Below are positions 39,068 through 43,530 of a stretch of 43,530 nt of DNA, piece after piece. The stretch covers positions 1-43,530 of the forward strand of contig JBBTCT010000040.1 in the NCBI GenBank assembly GCA_038060895.1, written 5' to 3'. Origin of the DNA: Planctomycetota bacterium. Its GTDB lineage: Bacteria; Planctomycetota; MHYJ01; WSZJ01. The notes below the pieces were generated by a model, which was given only the letters and a program-made list of their open reading frames with translations, was not told where the DNA came from and made no database searches. Numbering within the stretch: the stretch's first letter is position 1; each line of letters opens with the position of its first letter. Made by a program: the position numbers and the translations under genes.

Positions 39068-41001
39068 CCTCGAACTTCACTGTCGGCGTCCGAGGTCGCT
39101 GGAGAGTAGATGGCACGGAAATCACCCTCCGTCCATGTCTCGGCCTTGGTTATCACAAATCGATCGCGAGATTCCGGCACTCCCTCTGAGCTTGGCCCGG
39201 CAAACAGATCCCGATGAAGAACTCGCTGACGGGAGACAAACGCCGATGCGGTTGCGGAAGTCGAAAGCACTGTCGCAACTCGAGCGAAATCGTCGAAGAA
39301 GTACTCCTGGAGCAAGGGAATGATCTGTACTCGGAACACCCGTTGCAGGTCTTCGAGCGAGCCCAAATTCATCAGGTACGCGTGGCCGATGCGATGATCT
39401 CGGTCGAGCAAGAACTCAAGCCGGTCGTTGATCTGTCTGAGAAGACTACCGAGGTCGATCTTGCCGACAGATCCAAGGAGCGTCTCGTTGGGCTCCATCT
39501 CCATGAACTCGAATCGCCTCCGCAACGCGACATCGAGAAGCGCAATGGAGCGGTCTGCAGTGTTCATCGTGCCGAAAATGTCCAGATTTGGAGGGACTCC
39601 AAATCTGGGCTCCGCAACCTCTGCATCCTCTCCGCCCGGTAGCTGGACCGCCATCCCGTGAGTCAGGCGGCCGGCCTCGTCGAAGACCGCGCGCTTGTCC
39701 GGCTCAATCAGAGTGATCAACTCGCCGAAGACCTTGGCGATGTTTGCCCGGTTAATTTCATCAATGAAGAGTGCGTAACGTTTGCCCGGATTTCTCCGAG
39801 CCTCGTCACAGATCTGCTTGAACGCTCCATCGACGACCCGGAATTGAGTTGCCCCATCCTCGCCGACCGCTACGGGCCGGATGCCTCGCACGAAATCCTC
39901 GTAGCCGAAGGAGGGGTGAAAGGTGACGGTCCGATACCTCCGAATGGCTTCACTTGTGCTCGTAGACTTTGTGCCAAGCAGGCGCAAGAGGTCGACCGAT
40001 TCCGGGTCAGCGTCCTTCCAGTCGGGCATCAATTCCCACTCGCTGTTCTCAGATTTCGAGAAGATCGCGGGCGGCCGTCGGTTCGCGGCCTTTACGGTGG
40101 TGCTTGATTCGGGCGTGTGATCCATCAACCGTCCCCAGATTGTTGACGTGACGGAACCGGCCAGGCGACCCCTCTCCCGCGTCTTTGCGCTCACCCACCG
40201 ATGCGCCCGGATTTCCGGCACGCGCGCCGGACGCCCGAGGTCGGCGAGTGAGGCAGCGATCACTGATCGCCACCCAAAGGCGGCCAATGTCTCCTGAATT
40301 CGAGTGTCCTCATCGACTTCCTCGGGCGCATCTGTGTAGTCTGCGAACTTCGCTCGCAGCCAATGGGTCTTTCCGGTGCCCGGAGGTCCGTACAGGATCA
40401 GGTTCTTGCACGGCGTCTTCTCTGTGCGAACCGGCTGGGGGACGGGCCGAGTCGACTTCCGACTCCGCAGCGCCTCGATCGTTGCGAACATTTTCTGAAA
40501 CTTGTCGTCGGAGACTAGAAAGACATTGTTCTGCCCGGCAGCTTGAATGATCTCGCAAATCCGCGGGTGATCCTTGGACAGGAATTCCTGGAAGGACACC
40601 AAAGGGTCCGGCGACGCGTAAGTGCGCTGGTACTTATGGCGCTTGGAGACTTCGCGGAAGCCACCGAGAGTGGAGACAATCTCTTCATGCACCTTCGCCA
40701 GACCCTTCGGCCGGGCCCCTCCGAATACGATTTCCAGGTAGCACTTTGAAGGGTCGCCTGCCTCGTTGAACAAGACCACGAAACCTACTGTCTTTGTCTT
40801 GTTGTTCTGGTCGTTCGGCCGGAAGGGGGCAAAGAACAGGTAGTCATCGTTTCCGGTGAACCAGTAACCCTTCGCGAGGCGGCCTTCGTCGTTGTCTCGG
40901 GTTCGAAAACAGAATCTGAATTCTGGGTGATTGGCTCGCCATGCGAGCGCTGCCCCGAGTAGCTGTTCGTGCCAGGCGGCGATCTTCTGCCACGCGTCCA
41001 T
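39064..41001 (-). CDS. mcrB: McrB-family AAA+ GTPase
   Basis: GPPGTGKT, TFHPSFGYEDFV, IDEINRANIAKVFGELITLIE, GTMNTADRS, ALRRRF, IGHAY, PLLQEYF. Confidence 0.93.
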   Translation of the reverse strand: MDAWQKIAAWHEQLLGAALAWRANHPEFRFCFRTRDNDEGRLAKGYWFTGNDDYLFFAPFRPNDQNNKTKTVGFVVLFNEAGDPSKCYLEIVFGGARPKGLAKVHEEIVSTLGGFREVSKRHKYQRTYASPDPLVSFQEFLSKDHPRICEIIQAAGQNNVFLVSDDKFQKMFATIEALRSRKSTRPVPQPVRTEKTPCKNLILYGPPGTGKTHWLRAKFADYTDAPEEVDEDTRIQETLAAFGWRSVIAASLADLGRPARVPEIRAHRWVSAKTRERGRLAGSVTSTIWGRLMDHTPESSTTVKAANRRPPAIFSKSENSEWELMPDWKDADPESVDLLRLLGTKSTSTSEAIRRYRTVTFHPSFGYEDFVRGIRPVAVGEDGATQFRVVDGAFKQICDEARRNPGKRYALFIDEINRANIAKVFGELITLIEPDKRAVFDEAGRLTHGMAVQLPGGEDAEVAEPRFGVPPNLDIFGTMNTADRSIALLDVALRRRFEFMEMEPNETLLGSVGKIDLGSLLRQINDRLEFLLDRDHRIGHAYLMNLGSLEDLQRVFRVQIIPLLQEYFFDDFARVATVLSTSATASAFVSRQRVLHRDLFAGPSSEGVPESRDRFVITKAETWTEGDFRAIYSPATSDADSEVRG

Positions 41002-41088
41002 TTAATTGTTCTCCCGCGAGATGCTGAGTAACACGCATGAGCCGGGAGCGTCCTCACGAGAACCACCCGGTTATGTTAAGTGTTCGAT

Positions 41089-43530
<2,442 letters not shown>

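Noticed and set aside
41002-41088. attC-like site between hsdR and mcrB (taac...catgagccggg / cccggttatg...gttaagt)
   Set aside because: It forms a hairpin, but R/L box spacing and end complementarity do not fit attC, and there is no integron integrase or second site. More likely a terminator or processing hairpin.

Overview
GC-rich bacterial chromosome window, probably from a Planctomycetota/PVC organism. This is an inference from the GyrA 'KCAKI...IYPT' signature, the kinase N-termini and the secreted HEAT proteins. The left part (1-31 kb) is housekeeping and signalling: class I aminotransferase, YcaQ-type glycosylase, APH-like kinase, solitary gyrA, tRNA-Gln(UUG), saccharopine-dehydrogenase-family enzyme, a His/Cys-rich lipoprotein, an ECF sigma/anti-sigma/Spy-like/zincin-ChaN operon, glutamate formiminotransferase, PAP2, FHA-GAF-adenylate cyclase, fatty-acid hydroxylase, a pseudokinase plus Ser/Thr kinase-FGE pair, and a cobalamin riboswitch with attenuator ahead of a BtuB-like receptor. 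A TPR family occurs three times (two intact, one remnant); the intact copies begin with a motif that is normally internal to STAND NTPases. The right part (31.1-43.5 kb) is a mosaic defence-type island: orphan MNT with a probable HEPN stub, DUF4411 PIN plus HTH-IrrE peptidase, a broken DUF2075 helicase, a lower-GC three-gene operon (TIGR04255-like, XRE-HTH, and a 'QGD/TQTCD' protein), radC, McrBC with unusual accessory domains, and a partial type I HsdR. The best candidate for an undescribed system is the TIGR04255-HTH-QTCD trio. Window-wide signals are apparent leaderless gene starts, alternating C-ending/G-ending codon patches, palindromic intergenic elements and several recombination scars. 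All family calls come from motif recognition by eye; no searches were run.
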